Shown here one piece after another: positions 12,801-26,326 of a DNA stretch of 64,000 nt (position 1 is the stretch's first letter; the number at the start of each line of letters is the position of its first letter). A program made the translations under genes and the position numbers. Under the pieces are notes generated by a model that made no database searches, was not told where the DNA came from, and saw only the letters and a program-made list of their open reading frames with translations. Source of the DNA: Pavona decussata (lineage: Eukaryota); the NCBI GenBank assembly GCA_977016875.1, contig CDRNST010000052.1:434001-498000 (forward strand), read 5' to 3'.

Positions 12801-15800
12801 TCTCAGGTTAAAAGCCAGACAAAGCTGGCTTTCTGACCTGACAAAATGAATGGAAAACTTAAGAAGATTGGGGCAACCTGCACAATTTGCAATGTCTTTC
12901 GTGGTTAGTCAAGAGGAAAAAGGAATGAACGACAGAACCATGTGCCAAGCCCTACAAACAATGCAGCTGCAGTTTATAAGGGTCCAGTGAAAATAGAGCT
13001 TTTGAAAGATGCAGTGTTGCTGAGACAATCTGGAAATAAAACAGAGCTACTGACCCCTCAAAATTCTTCTGCTGTCCCTAACAAACTTGAACAACTTCAG
13101 ATTCTACAGAGTATCACTAAAAGGGCCACAACAAAGAACTTTATATAACTAAATGTTAGATTATTACCACTTACCTTGGTCTTATTGTTGATCATTTTAA
13201 AATAAAATTCATCTGGATTCTTGTTTAAGGCCTAAAATGTTCCAAAAAACAAACAACGTAAATGAAAAGAACAAAAAAAAAAAGAAAGAAAAAGAACGTT
13301 TCAAATTTTAATAATACCTTAAGACAGATCAGTCTTGCCTCCCTACCCCCCCCCCCCCCCTTTACTTCTCTTGTCAATAAACCTGGAGTTTAATGTAACT
13401 GTCACATAAAAAGCAACATTTTTTGAAGTTTCTATTTAACAGTGTTAATCTATCCATTGCAATATCTATTTGTTTGTTCCCTTGCAGGCTTCATTTGCCA
13501 GATTGCCTGAGGTATTTTAAAAAATACATTTACTCACAAAATGTACTGCCATAATTTTAACAATCTGATCCTGGCTTAGACAACCCAATCTTCCTTTTTT
13601 CTTACAGCCAACTGTATTTTTAGTTACTACTTTAACCTATTGGTGAAGCTTCCATTTCATGATTCTAAGAAGGAACCAATTTCAGGGGTGGTTCTTGGAA
13701 GGAACACAGTCAATCTCTTTTAATTTGTAACCTGTAAGCCTTATACTCACTTTCTCTCTGAGAAGTTTCAGTCTGTCTTGTTTCTTATGGTAATCTCTGC
13801 AATAATGAAATAATATTGAGCAATGTTAATCAAACAATCACATTTGGGCAAGAAGGGTCAAACAGTTTCAAATACATTGGATACAATGGGGCAAGAGGCA
13901 TTGTTTTTGTTTTTGTTTTGTGGGTTAGCACTGTCTACAACAGCTGATCAGCAGCAGTAACGGTAATGGATAATGGTAACAGCAACAGCAAACAGAATAA
14001 TCTAAAAACCACACCAAATGAACAATTTTATCTAAAACTTTCAAAAAGCTGCTTTAACAACAACTTAATACATGCCACCAAAAATATACGTGATTACAAT
14101 GATGTGAGCACAAGTTCAAATGTTATGCACATCCTCATTTATTGACCTAAACACGTAGTCTATTTAAAACTTACCTTGCTCGCAAAACATAATCTTTATG
14201 CTTCTCAAGTAGACCATAATGCTTTCTGCTTTTCAACTGCAGGTGTATGAAAAGGAATGATGAAGGTTTACTATTAATAACATAATTAACAAAGTAAATT
14301 TCTCTGGCTCAAATACGTTTACAGTAAACCCATAAAGATACATGTAGAACACCTTTTCTAAAATTGAAGGTAACAAATTTTGCTGTTAGTGACTAGGTCA
14401 GGGGCGTTCAGACCTAGAAAAAAAGATGAAACTCCTTTGGTAAGCAAGAGTGGTGAACATCTGGAATGTCTCCTTCTAAAACTGTTAACAATGAAGGGCC
14501 TGTCAAAAACTATGCTAGGTTACAATTCAGCCTTATTTAAACTAAAATTTGCTCCACATTTATTCTTGACTAGTTTGACATGCAAGATTGGTTACCATGC
14601 AAGAAAATAATATAGTTGCATGTTTATTTTTTATCCGAATATTTAAATTCCAACAATTCTTAACAAAAAAAAGATAAAAAACAAAAAACAGACATATAGT
14701 GAAAGCAAGTCTATAAACCCAATTACCGCAGATTCAATTTCAGTACGGCAGTATTTCCACATACTGCACAGTTTTCAATCAATTTCTTCAATTATTTACA
14801 GGAGGAGGAAGATGTGATGGGAAAGTAATAGCCTGTTCCAGGTTCCTAGAGAGATGCGCAAAGGAGAGGCGAGGGGACGAAAACGATGGGGGACTGTCCC
14901 CCCTTGTTTTCGTCCTCTCGTCTCTCCTTTGCACGTCCTAGGAACCTAGAACAGGCTAGGAAAGTGAAAGATTTGGAGAGGGTGGGGGAGGGCCTTGAAA
15001 TTTGCAACTTTGGCATTTGGAGGATTAAAATTTTGCCTAGTAGATTTTAGGGGAGTAATGAGTTCCTGGCAGGTATTTTTTGGATTAAAGACAGATTTTC
15101 TGGGTTTAGTATTGGCCCATGCCATTGGGTATTTATTGGGATGTTTAGATTTGGCCCATAGATGTTCTCTTTTTTGGGGGGGGGGGGGGGAGGGGGAGCA
15201 GATAGGGGGGAAGAGGAGGTAAGGTATTAAAATATAGCTTCATTACCCCACAACCCTGTCGGATAATTTTCACCTTCAAGAAAACATGTCACAAAGAGTA
15301 GAGCAGATCATTACTAACAAGGACAATGTGAGGATGCGGGGATGGCCTGCTTGGCCAACAAGAGTTTTATCCCAGTACTTATTGCATGAAACAAGCCAGC
15401 CCAGTACCAGCTAACTTTGGAAGTTGTTGTCTTGAAAATATTGCCAACCTACATGATGTCACTTGGACATCACAACAACTGAAGTCCAGGGTGCATGTGC
15501 ACTCTGTGTACGTCCCACGCCAAAGATGGATACACCGAGTGTTTCGAAGATCTACATCACACAGCCACCAAAGTGCCTACCCCAGTTTAACATGCAGACC
15601 GTCACACCAACCTCAAGCCCCCAGACTCCCCGTTTCTCTGTCTAGACTCTAAATCCTACACTGTTAGAGAAATCCTAGACATGTTTGGATAACAACAGTT
15701 CATTTGAACAGCTAAGTTTTCAAAAGCCAAGGTAATTTTTCTTTACGCTAGCGCCTATGCCAGGCTCTGCGTCTGTATTACGTGCTTTATGTCAATGCAA

Positions 15801-16585
15801 TTTGGAAACCCACGCCGATGATCTTCGGTGAACCTTTCTGTTGTTAATCTAGGAACTGGTGCTTTATGATCGTATGATGTTGCAGGTTTACAATGATACC
15901 TTCATTGCCTGCTTTACCTCTATGCGCTTTACAGAAAGAGTGGCGTTGTAGCTGGCTAAGCAAAAAATAGTTTATGTGGAGATTAAAGCAAAACACTTCC
16001 AAACATATAACCCGATGACATACCTGCCAACTCTCCCGCTTTTCCCGGGAGTCTCCAAGTTTTTCATGAAATCTCCCGGTCTCCCGGGTAGAACACCAAA
16101 TCTCCCGGGAAATACTAGCCTCCCACGCAGTCGTTTTTAGGGGACTCGAGGAGGTAATACGATTCCCCTAAAAACGACTGCGTGGGAGGCTAGGGAAATA
16201 CCTACCGCGGTCTTTTTATTAATATTGGTTATTCCCCCCCCCCCCACCCCCCCACTGAAGCTCTAAATGTAGGCTTGATGACACGGTTCTGCTGGGACGC
16301 GGAACAAAGAGAACAGATTTCTAGACGTCTCCAGATTTTTGTACTCCGGGGGTTGACAGGTATGCGATGATTTGTTCCCTTCACTGGCCCGGGTAATTTC
16401 ACGATCACAAATTTGTTTTAGAACTGTTTTTAAACAACTATTTTGAGTACATGGAGGGTAGTACCGTAATGATCACCATAATCTGAAATTATAAGATGTA
16501 TTCCCTAATACCAATGTATTTTTACCTGTCCTCTCTCCTTATGAAATCTCTGATAAGATTTTTTAGCTTTGTCGAAAGACGCCAT
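9839..16585 (-). CDS. UTP11: U3 snoRNA-associated protein 11 (SSU processome); exons 16526-16585, 14175-14236, 13751-13796, 13175-13231, 12610-12720, 12061-12160, 11027-11154, 10277-10387, 9839-9919
   Basis: MASFDKAKKSYQRFHKERGQ...GLLEKHKDYVLRARDYHKKQ...ALNKNPDEFYFKM...LMKTQDLNY...VYRWRKERKR; 251 aa, all phases consistent. Confidence 0.96.
14829..14958. mobile_element. TAGCC...GGCTA MITE (Academ-like)
   Basis: Hairpin TAGCCTGTTCCAGGTTCCTAG/CTAGGAACCTAGAACAGGCTA; 9-bp flanks GGAAAGTAA/GGAAAGTGA. Confidence 0.75.
16019..16364. mobile_element. Non-autonomous hAT-like element with 6-bp TSD
   Basis: TIR CATACCTGCCAAC/GTTGACAGGTATG; perfect TSD CGATGA (16013-16018, 16365-16370); TCTCCCGG subterminal repeats. 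Confidence 0.8.
16116..16192. mobile_element. TAGCC...GGCTA MITE nested in the 16019-16364 element
   Basis: 29-bp perfect arms TAGCCTCCCACGCAGTCGTTTTTAGGGGA; perfect 9-bp TSD GGGAAATAC. Confidence 0.85.
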
Positions 16586-16744
16586 CTTGAAATTTTCTTC
16601 AATCGTATGAGCCAGCGATATCTTACGGTCCTAATTTACCGTTTATGAGATGGTTCATCCATGTAAACCCATATGATTTGTACAGGGGACTGGAACGACT
16701 CGATCGGTAGCTTTGCGCGCCATGTGCAAAGTCGATCTTTTGCA
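16586..16744. promoter_or_regulatory. Putative bidirectional promoter UTP11/NUP43
   Basis: Only 159 bp separate the two divergent ATGs. Confidence 0.7.
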
Positions 16745-19700
16745 ATGGCGAATGTTGGAGAAACTATAGCGAAATATGTAGGACACAAGGTAGCAAAAGT
16801 TCGATGGATTCCTCAAGTACAGGGACAGCTGAATCCTTCAGAAACGTTTGTGACCGGTGGCTGGGACGACCAGGCAAGTTTTCGGCTTACAAACTTCAAC
16901 CGTTCTTCAACGATTTGACAGTTCGATGGTTTAATATAAGGTTTCTACATTTCCTCTCTGATCTTTGTTTGTCTAGATTAACAAGTTGAGTGTTTGGAAA
17001 GTCGAGGAGGCAGGTGGAGATTCGGCTGCAGCCTTCAATGTTACCAATGAACCTAAGCTTTTGTGCGAAACAGATTATGTAGGGGATGTAACGGACATTG
17101 AGGTGTGTAATAGTTTTAATTCACTGTGATTTGTAGTACAACTTAATTAAGGTTAAGTTTAAATCTCATAGCTTCATTTTTGTGATTATGAGGAAAAGAC
17201 TATTGATCAGTAGGCCTCTTTTCCTTTTATTGTATCTATCCTTAGTGTTAGAGATAGGAGAACTCTCGAGTCTTGTGTGAGAATTATGGCCAATTCGCCC
17301 AGAGCCACCAACAATCTCGCCCTGAAGGAAGATGACATTTTGTGGTTATACGCTTAATTACATCCATTTTGAAATCACTGGTGATCCTTGGAATCTGATT
17401 GGTCCAAAATGGTGCGATTTATTTCCAAATTGCACCATTTTGGACTCTAAATCGCATCATTTTAGACTCTAAATTGCATCTTTTTAACCAGCCAATGAGA
17501 TAGCGGGATTATTTAAATTGACCAATCAAATTGATTTTTTAAATATAACATATTCTGGGTGGGGGAGGCTGAAATCTTTTATTTAGACACTTTTTTGGGC
17601 AATATTGGGGGATTTCAAAATGGGTCACGTAATTCAGTGGTAATTGAACTTCGTGTCATGCAATTTTGGTCTGAAATCATACTTGTGATTTCAAATCAAA
17701 CTCGCGCTATCGCGCTCGTTTGATTTTGGAATCACGCGTATGATTTCAGACCAAATTGCACTCCACTCAGTTCAATTACCAATATTAACAAATGAGATAT
17801 AGTCACTTCTATTTGTGCGTTCTTTGAGTAACAAGTTCCACTAAGCTGCACCTGTCAATGTAAAAGCAACTATTTTAACAAATGTAGAATGCGCATGTTG
17901 TGGGCGAGATGGTATGTGGGCAAATTACTGGTTACCTTGTGTGTATGTGCAACATGTACACTCTATCACCCATCTAGAGTTACTACATCACTCATTACAA
18001 CTTCACGCCGATTTAAGTGTGTCATTGAGAAATGGGTGACTCCGCTGGATTTTGTTGCCTGAAGGCTCTCTTTATTCCTTTGGGCATTCACTTCGGCAGC
18101 CGCGAAATTAGCTCGTTTTTACTCGGTTGAGAAAAGGTGAGAACTTTGCAGGAAGACCAAGATGCGAATTCAAAAGACAAGAACAATTGTCTAATTAAGC
18201 AGCCTTGAGCCGCGAAGTTGCGAGAGTATTCCTTTGTTCTTGTTATCAATAGGAACTGCGAGGAATCACTGCAGACATTTGATGGTTTTAAGTTCTTCGC
18301 AAAATACTTTAAGCTGTTATTTATATCAGTGAACGAAGAGTCTTTTGAGAGCTTTAAAAAGAGATCCTAAATGTGGTGTCTTGATCACTGTAAGCCGAGT
18401 TTCGATATTTTTCGCCAAGCGGTGCTTAGAGCAGCGAAGTTATTATGCTTAATTAAATTTGTGCATGGCATCATCATCTTACCGACGCGTGGAAATCAAT
18501 ACCATCTGTTTAATGATAACTTTTTTACGAAAAAGCTAAAACACTGATTTGTATTCCCTAAAGAAAGCACCTCAGGAGTTATGAAAGAGTCAAAAGAGTT
18601 CCAATTGTAATTCACTGTAAGCAAACTGGTATTTGATGTTGTGCGCTTTGTTTGTTACGAGTGAAGACGTAGTCGATCGTAATTAAGTTTATGTTTCTAA
18701 AATACTTGCTTCTAGCGAAGAGATTCCAAAATATCAGACCAAAAAAGGAAGAAAAAGAGGGAAACTCGGCGTGGAAGTCGCATTCTGATTATACTTAATG
18801 ACGCATTGACAAACAGTAACACCGGCTCTTTGGCCGCCTATGTAGGCACGCGCTCTTTTCAGTTGACCTTATTTACATTTTATATTCAGCGATTCTCTAA
18901 CTTTGAGCTGAAAACCGAGAATCTGTTATAGATCGCTGTCATTAAAGATGACAGATAAACAAATCGGCAAATCCATGTATCTGTTTAGCGAACGAAATTT
19001 GTTAATTAGTTATTCGTTAGTTTGCAGGACGGGAAGTTGTTTTTAAAACTCTCGATGCTAGAGCGGCGCGTTGCGAGTCGATGTGATCATGGTGACTCAT
19101 TTCTCTAGCCTCCCCAGGGAGCTTCCACAGGCCAGCAGAAAACTCTTAAACAAAAGATAAAATATCTCACCTACCTCAAAGGCTTTGCGATCTTCGGAAA
19201 CATGCTCTATTGTCGGAAATTGTTCGACAAAAGAGGACAATAGCTTGAATATATGAATACTTAACGACCCCAAAATTTGGGGTACACACTTAAATCGGCG
19301 TGAAGTTGTAATGTAACCTTGTTCGGAAAGATGAATTTCCTAAAAATATTTTACTCCAATCAAAACTGTTTCAAAGTTTTTGAATCTGACTATCAATCAG
19401 CATTCATGATTTGAGCTAAACAAATCAGACTCTCCCTTCAGTGTGATCCCCTGACTTATTTTGTCAATTGCTCTTATTACTACAGACCAGACTGACCTCC
19501 ACTCCATCCTGTTACCATTTTCAATCACTATACATTTAAGATCTCTTGAAACAAACTGCCTCACCTGGTCAACCACCTTTCCCTCAGTTTGGGTTGGGTG
19601 CAAGTCCGATGAGGGGGAGGGGTGAGGGGGAGGGGGGTATGGAGCACTTGGCAGTTTCCGTACATTGTAGCAATCTCATACCCATAGTCCTTAGGCTCTT

Positions 19701-22700
19701 TGGCCAGCGGTTGGTCGCCAGGAGAATCCCTGGGGAACTGGAATTCTATTACCGCTCCAGTTTCCCAGAATCTCTCCTGGCAACCAACCACTGGCCAAAG
19801 AGCCTGAGGGCTCTAGGTACAAGATTGTTCCTGTAACCTTCACTACCAGATCTTAACCCTTTCTTGGAATTTCCTGCCTCCTTACCTTTTTGCTATCACA
19901 AAGGATGACACAATATAATGTTGTACATTGTTATATACATGTACTCACCACAGAACATTATAGTTTTCAGCAATGGTATCGGTTCCCTACTCAACTCACT
20001 TGAAACTGTAAGACATATTATAACCATCCAATTAAATTCCATGTGGATTCTATTGTTGTTAGAACTCAAGAAAAAAAAATTATTGTGATGGTCATTTGTT
20101 AATATTTAATTATTAATACGGTTCATAGAATTTTAACATTTATTTTTCAGTGTGTTGATTCAGGGAGAATCCTTGTATCATCTTCAACAGGAAGTGTATC
20201 TTTATTCAATTACAGTTCAAAACACCAGGTTAGTATTATGTTTGCTTTGCTTTGATTATTAGATTTCATAATGATTATTGAAGAGCTTGCTCAAAAGCTC
20301 TTATTTTGGCCAGAATTGTACCGAATTAGCTCTAATTTTGCATATATACAGATCCGTATACCTTTAGAGGTGTCTCTTGTGCGAGTGATGTAGCGCGTCC
20401 GGTTCAAACTGTAGATACCTTAACCCCTACATAATACATCAAATTAAAGCTTATAGAGCTGGCCATCAAACTATACCAAGAATTTTGAAATAAAACAAAT
20501 TGTTGAATTTTTCACAACCTCTAATTGTGAGCGTCTGAATCATCTTTTGAAAGCTACAAGTCAAAGCAAATTTTGTTTTTCACTAATTTAATTTGCTCCT
20601 CAGTTTCCAGACCCAAAGCGCTAAAAAATGCCTCTGCATTTTTCCATATTCAAGTGCAGTGAAAAGTTACAGAACATTTTTGAAATAGGATTAAAAAAAT
20701 ATGGAGTGATCGAACAAAAATCACTCTCGGAGAAAAAATATTTTGAAAGAAACAATTCACAGACACATTTTTTTGTTTATATGTCAAACTATCTACTGAC
20801 CAAATCTGAAGGCAAACAAACCAATTTCCTTTGTGTTTTAGCTCTTTAAAGTGTCTCCTTCAAGTGAAAAAATTGATTTGAGAAAACAGGGCTAAAAATT
20901 CGACAATTCAATAATTGAAATAAATTATTTATTTCAAAATTCTTGGTATAGTTTGATAGCCAGCTCTATAAGCTTTAATTTGATATGGGGTTTAGGTATC
21001 TACAGTTTAAACTGGATGCGCTACATCGCTTGGACGTGAGACACCTCTAGAGGTATACGGTAACCTTAATATGTTTCTAACAAAAAGTCAAGCAAATAAA
21101 AACAAAAATGGACCTGATGCTTCATGCATATGGTTGATTACTTTTTTTTCGGCTCAAACAGAAAATAAATCATTCTGTTTCTTGCTTTGGCTTTTGATTT
21201 AGTCTTTTTTAATTTAAATGTCAGAGGCTAATTCTTTGAATATAATCCGCAAGATCAAAAAATAGTAAAGATGATTCTGTGTGCCACAGTAGAGCTGCTT
21301 TGGAACAATTTGGATTTCACTGCCAACGTTCCATATATTAACCCTTTCAGTTTCAATATCAACATGTATCTTCTCCTCACTGTCCTTCATATATTTCTTA
21401 TGTTACAAGTTGGGAGATTTTGTCTAAAAATCAAGGCATTCCATCTTTGGTGATTATTTCCTTTTTTCCCCTTGACTTGAATGTTTAATCAAGCAGGGTC
21501 ATTGTAAGGAGAAATTTGATGTTGATCACCACTGGGGCTTATTTAGGATTAAGTAACTTACCATTTTTGACCAAGCTGTTCAATTCTTGTCATAGTGGAA
21601 ACTAGCTATCACATTGATAAAGGCACTCCCAAGTTTGCAGGGATGCCATTAATGGCAGCAACTTACCACAGTTAAGGCTGGTAAGTTAACTTCTTGCTAT
21701 GCTTAATTTCAGGCCATTAAACCCCAGCAGGAGTGGAACACGTTTCATCATGTGGCAGGCCGTGGTTGTTCGTGTACATGTCTTGCTGCTAATGCCAGCT
21801 CATCGGAGTTTGTAAGTGCTGGTGAAGATGGACAAATCAATGTTCTTAAACTGGACCAGAGACACGCAGTGAGAACAATTGGTAAGAAAAGAAAACTATT
21901 TAATTAATCACTACAAACATATGTAGAAAGTGATGTTTTATTCTATTCATGGTAATGACTGTCTCAACCAATCTTAAATAATCATTTTGAATGACCAGGA
22001 AAATCTTGAAATATTGTTGGGTGGAATTTATGTCCAAAAAGAAATGGTCTGAAAACTTTTTAGGTTTAAGAAGACAGTTTGAGACAAAGAAATCAAGTTT
22101 CCTGTTTCTAACAAAGCCTGCAGTTGGTTTTTGCATATTGATAGGCTTAGTTATGTCTTGTTTAGTCTAAGTTTGGACATTTTATACATCTTGCAAACAA
22201 CTGTGATAAGCAATACCAAAAGTATTTCCTGGTGGTGTTAGGCTTGGCTGTGAAGTAAGAAAACTTATAAATAATGTGACATCTACTGTTCTATGGGACT
22301 ACAAGCCAAACGATGTGAGCTTGTAATGGAGACCTCACACTCATAACCATCCACAGACATGTTGAATACTCTAAACACTTGGACAGCTTTTTCAATCATT
22401 GTGACACTTGTGACACCATGTTTTATTTCTAGAATCTGCTGATAGCACGACCATAAACGGTATCACATTCACAAAATCAAGTGAGGTAGCTGCGGTAACA
22501 TTTGGTGGTCAGATGAAAGTTTGGGATCTTAGGCAACCAAGTGATAAACCTGCAAGAACAATGTTACTGTAAGTGTTGAGTAAAAGGATAACTTGATAGT
22601 TCTTATTAAGGTGACTCCTTACAGTTATTTGGCGTGCAGCGACTGGGTACTAAAATGGCATGAGTGCACGCGGTTGTCTAACTGATGCGTGAATTTTCAT

Positions 22701-25700
22701 TATGCTGACACGTGAAACAAGGCTAGTTTTAGCCTGAAAAGTAAGGCTATTTTAACAAGTTTTCCACGGTGAATTTTCTGTAAATTGGCTCAATTTTAGG
22801 ATTCAACTGGTATTTGTACTCCAAAAAATCTATAATAAATAAATAGCAAAAGCGAAAAATTGCAGAAATTGGCCAAACGTAAACTATGTACAGAATTTGT
22901 TTTGACTTTACGAGGAGATACTTTGAAGTTTGTCTCTAATTACCCCCAAAAAAAGCAAAAATTTGACAGCGCAAAATTTGGACAAACCTGTTTTGAAACT
23001 AGCTAGGAGTGAAGGAAACAACAGATGTATCATCTGCTGGTTACCATGGAAATGGGGTTTTCCAGTTGTAACGGTGTTTTTAGCAACGCATAAGGACTTA
23101 AATACTCAAAACTATGTTTGAACCCTGATATTTTCAAAGGGCTGAAAGAACCAGAACATCAAGAAAAATATTTATTACTACCAGCGTAAAAATGAAGAAA
23201 TGGTATAGAGCCACCTTTGGTTAATAAACAAAAGTGTCATTTATAAAAGGGGTCTTGCCTCAACAGCCACTAAGTTAAACACAAAGTCTGACAAATTACT
23301 TACTAGGAAATTTCTTTCATTTTTTGGTTTCTTGGCTCTTGGAATGTACAAACTGAGATACATATTTGGTTATGGGACTCTTAAGTCACCAATGTGTCTG
23401 AAAGAAACCTGTTGTTTTTATTCACATTTCACAACTTGAAAAGTATAAACTAAGTGAAGGAGTTGGCTCCCTTATGGTGGAATTTCTTGAATGTTTATTG
23501 AATTTATAGTGATTACCAGTCTTAATTTGTAACAAGTGCTAATAAAAGATTTTTGATCAATTAATTAACCTCTGCCGGTGAACGTCCCACACAGGAACAT
23601 TGAGGATCCTAATCTGTTACTATACATAGGATCTTGTCAAGTAGGATCCTGTATACTACCAAAGGATCCCATATGCATGCGAGACTTCTACCAGAGTAGG
23701 GGCAATTTGTATAATATCATTCAGTAATAAATTATTACTGACTTTACAATACAAATTGCTCCTGCTTATTGGATATCATTTGGTATTCCTGGGTTTCATT
23801 CGTTTACTCTTGGATTGTTTATGTTTCATGTGTTTTTGTGGACAGTTCTGGTGACCGTGTGTCTTTGCTGTGTGTTGACAAACACCCCACTCAGCCGCAC
23901 CTACTAGCTGCAGGAGGTCAAGATGGTGTATTGAGTATCTGGGATATGCGGCAGGAACTCTATCCTGTAACACTACTAGAGGCACATAGTGCAGAAAGTA
24001 AGATGCTGTATTGTTGTTCTGGAGTGTATCTTTATGTTTTTACTGTTTTGTCTTCTCTTGTGACCTTAAGGCTTTTAAGAGCCACTGTCTGTAAATATCG
24101 AGAATCCGGCGTCAGTCGTGAAATTTTCAATTTCTTCATATTTTGCCCAAATAACCTCTATAGTGAGTTATTTTCGAAAATACTATTCAAAGGACCTGAA
24201 GCGCTTTAGTTTTTTCAAAATCTAAGAAAGTTCGAAAAACGCCATTTTGGCCTTCCGGCGGCGTCGAAACTACAATAAAATTATGCATTTTCTTTTCGCT
24301 CGTTCAGATCAACGCAATAACATCTATCGATGTACTTTGGTTCACTCATAACAGAACTCTTGATCTCCCTGAATCACTAAATTATTTTGAGAAAGGTGTT
24401 GAAAACTGCTTGTTTTTGGCTGTTACAATTACCCTTATTACAGCGCTTTAGCGGATAAGGTAATTTTAGCTAACTTTAACAGCAACAAAAGCCCACTGGT
24501 ACATGTAATTTGAAGTTGAAACTAGCATGGCCTTAAAGCCCATTCTTTATAGTTTGTTGTGTAAAAATTGCTGAGGCGGCCCGACAAAAGTGTCCTGTCG
24601 AGAGACGGAAACGTGAAGTGTACTTTCTGGAATTTCGACCCTTCACGAAGCGAACAAGAAGCATCCCGATTCCGAACAGAACCGCACATTGTAAAATCTA
24701 CCGATGGAAACCTGTTTCGAAATCCTGGATGCATCAAAACAGTCTTGTACTCAAAGCTACAATCCTTTTTGATTGAAAATATTATTATGTTAACACTTGT
24801 GGAAAACAGGAGACGTTTAGTTCAAGCCGTGAAATATGTAATTTAACGCCGCGCCGAGCAGATATCTACAGTACCACGCACGTGTACATGACGCAAGATT
24901 GCTCAGTTTCGTTCCGCTATTATTTTACCGTTAAAAGTAAAAAGAAGATCCTCAATATCATGCATGTTGTCGTCTTCCTTCGTTCATTCTTATCTCAAGA
25001 TTTTTAAGCTCTGAAGGGAACACGCTACACGCCAAAAAAAACCAAAACAAAACAAAACAAACAAACAGGGCGATCAAATTCCAAGACAAATGCAAATACG
25101 GTAGCTACAAATCCAGGCCCGATAAATTTAGTATTCAGTTGATTAACGCACATTTATTTTATATTCCAGTGATAAGGCATAATGTACATCAAATGATTTC
25201 GTAAACAAAGTAAAAACAAACTTTCAGCAATGTCAAAGTACCGTGGGAAAGCAACTGTTAACAAGCTTTTTAAATTAATTTGTAGTTGGAAACAAAACAA
25301 TGTCAACCTTACCGGTCTTTTGGCAATCCTTGAGAAAATTAGTGAATCCCTTGCTTCTATTGCTATGTATGACAAACTTGCTCCTATATGTAAAGTTAAA
25401 AAACCGGTAGACTTGTTTCCTCCAAAGGCTGTGAATTTACACTGGAGTATTGCAATTACCTTCCGTCAAGTACAAAAGTTACTTTTATAGTTGACCAATC
25501 ACGCCATATGGTCCAGATTTCTTCCTCTACAAAACGTTCCAGAACGTCGTTTGTGGCCAGATTTTGAAGTAGTTTTGTTGGCCTGTCCCAATAACTTTTG
25601 TCCTCTGGGAAGCTTGCAAACGGGCACTGTTATGGCCTTGTCGGGAACGGTGTGTAAATATTCGACTTGGTGCCTGTGCGGCTCCAGCAACTGTGGAATG

Positions 25701-26245
25701 CGTGACAGTCTATCGGGCGTCCAAGGGCATCTCGCATTTTGCCAAGAAAGGACAGTTAGCGACGATTGTGGAGTGGACAGTGAATCAAAATTGCTGCTTT
25801 CCCAAACAGGTAAGGTGTCAAATGATTATAAACTTCACAGTACACATTGTCACGGTTTTTAGCGCTCAAATCAGTGGAGCCGCGCGCGTTGCGCGTTGCG
25901 CGTTGCGCGTTGGGAGGGTGTAGGGGGTGGGCAATTGAACTGGAAAGTGGAAAAAAAAAAATCACAGGAAATTTTTCAACAAGGCTGCTGCTAAGGCCTT
26001 GTTTTGTTTGGCTCCTGTGTTTAAATGCAAATGGTTCTTTTAGGACCTACAAATTAAAATAAAATTATTTCTAAGAGAAAAGTTTAAAAAATCCAATTGG
26101 TTAAAAAAATCGTCCGTGCACGCGCCCGAAAAGAAAAAGGTAAGAGGAGAGAGCGGTCGGTCCCTTGGATGATTAGAACTTCTAGCTAGCAGGATTCCAG
26201 CTTGATTATAGCTTTCAGAGTTATAGCCCTTGCTCTGAAATGAAA

Positions 26246-26326
<81 letters not shown>

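Noticed and set aside
22610-23390. Possible TTAA-flanked element starting GGTGACTCC
   Set aside because: The right end (AAGTCACC) is too degenerate and lacks a following TTAA, so boundaries are unsupported.
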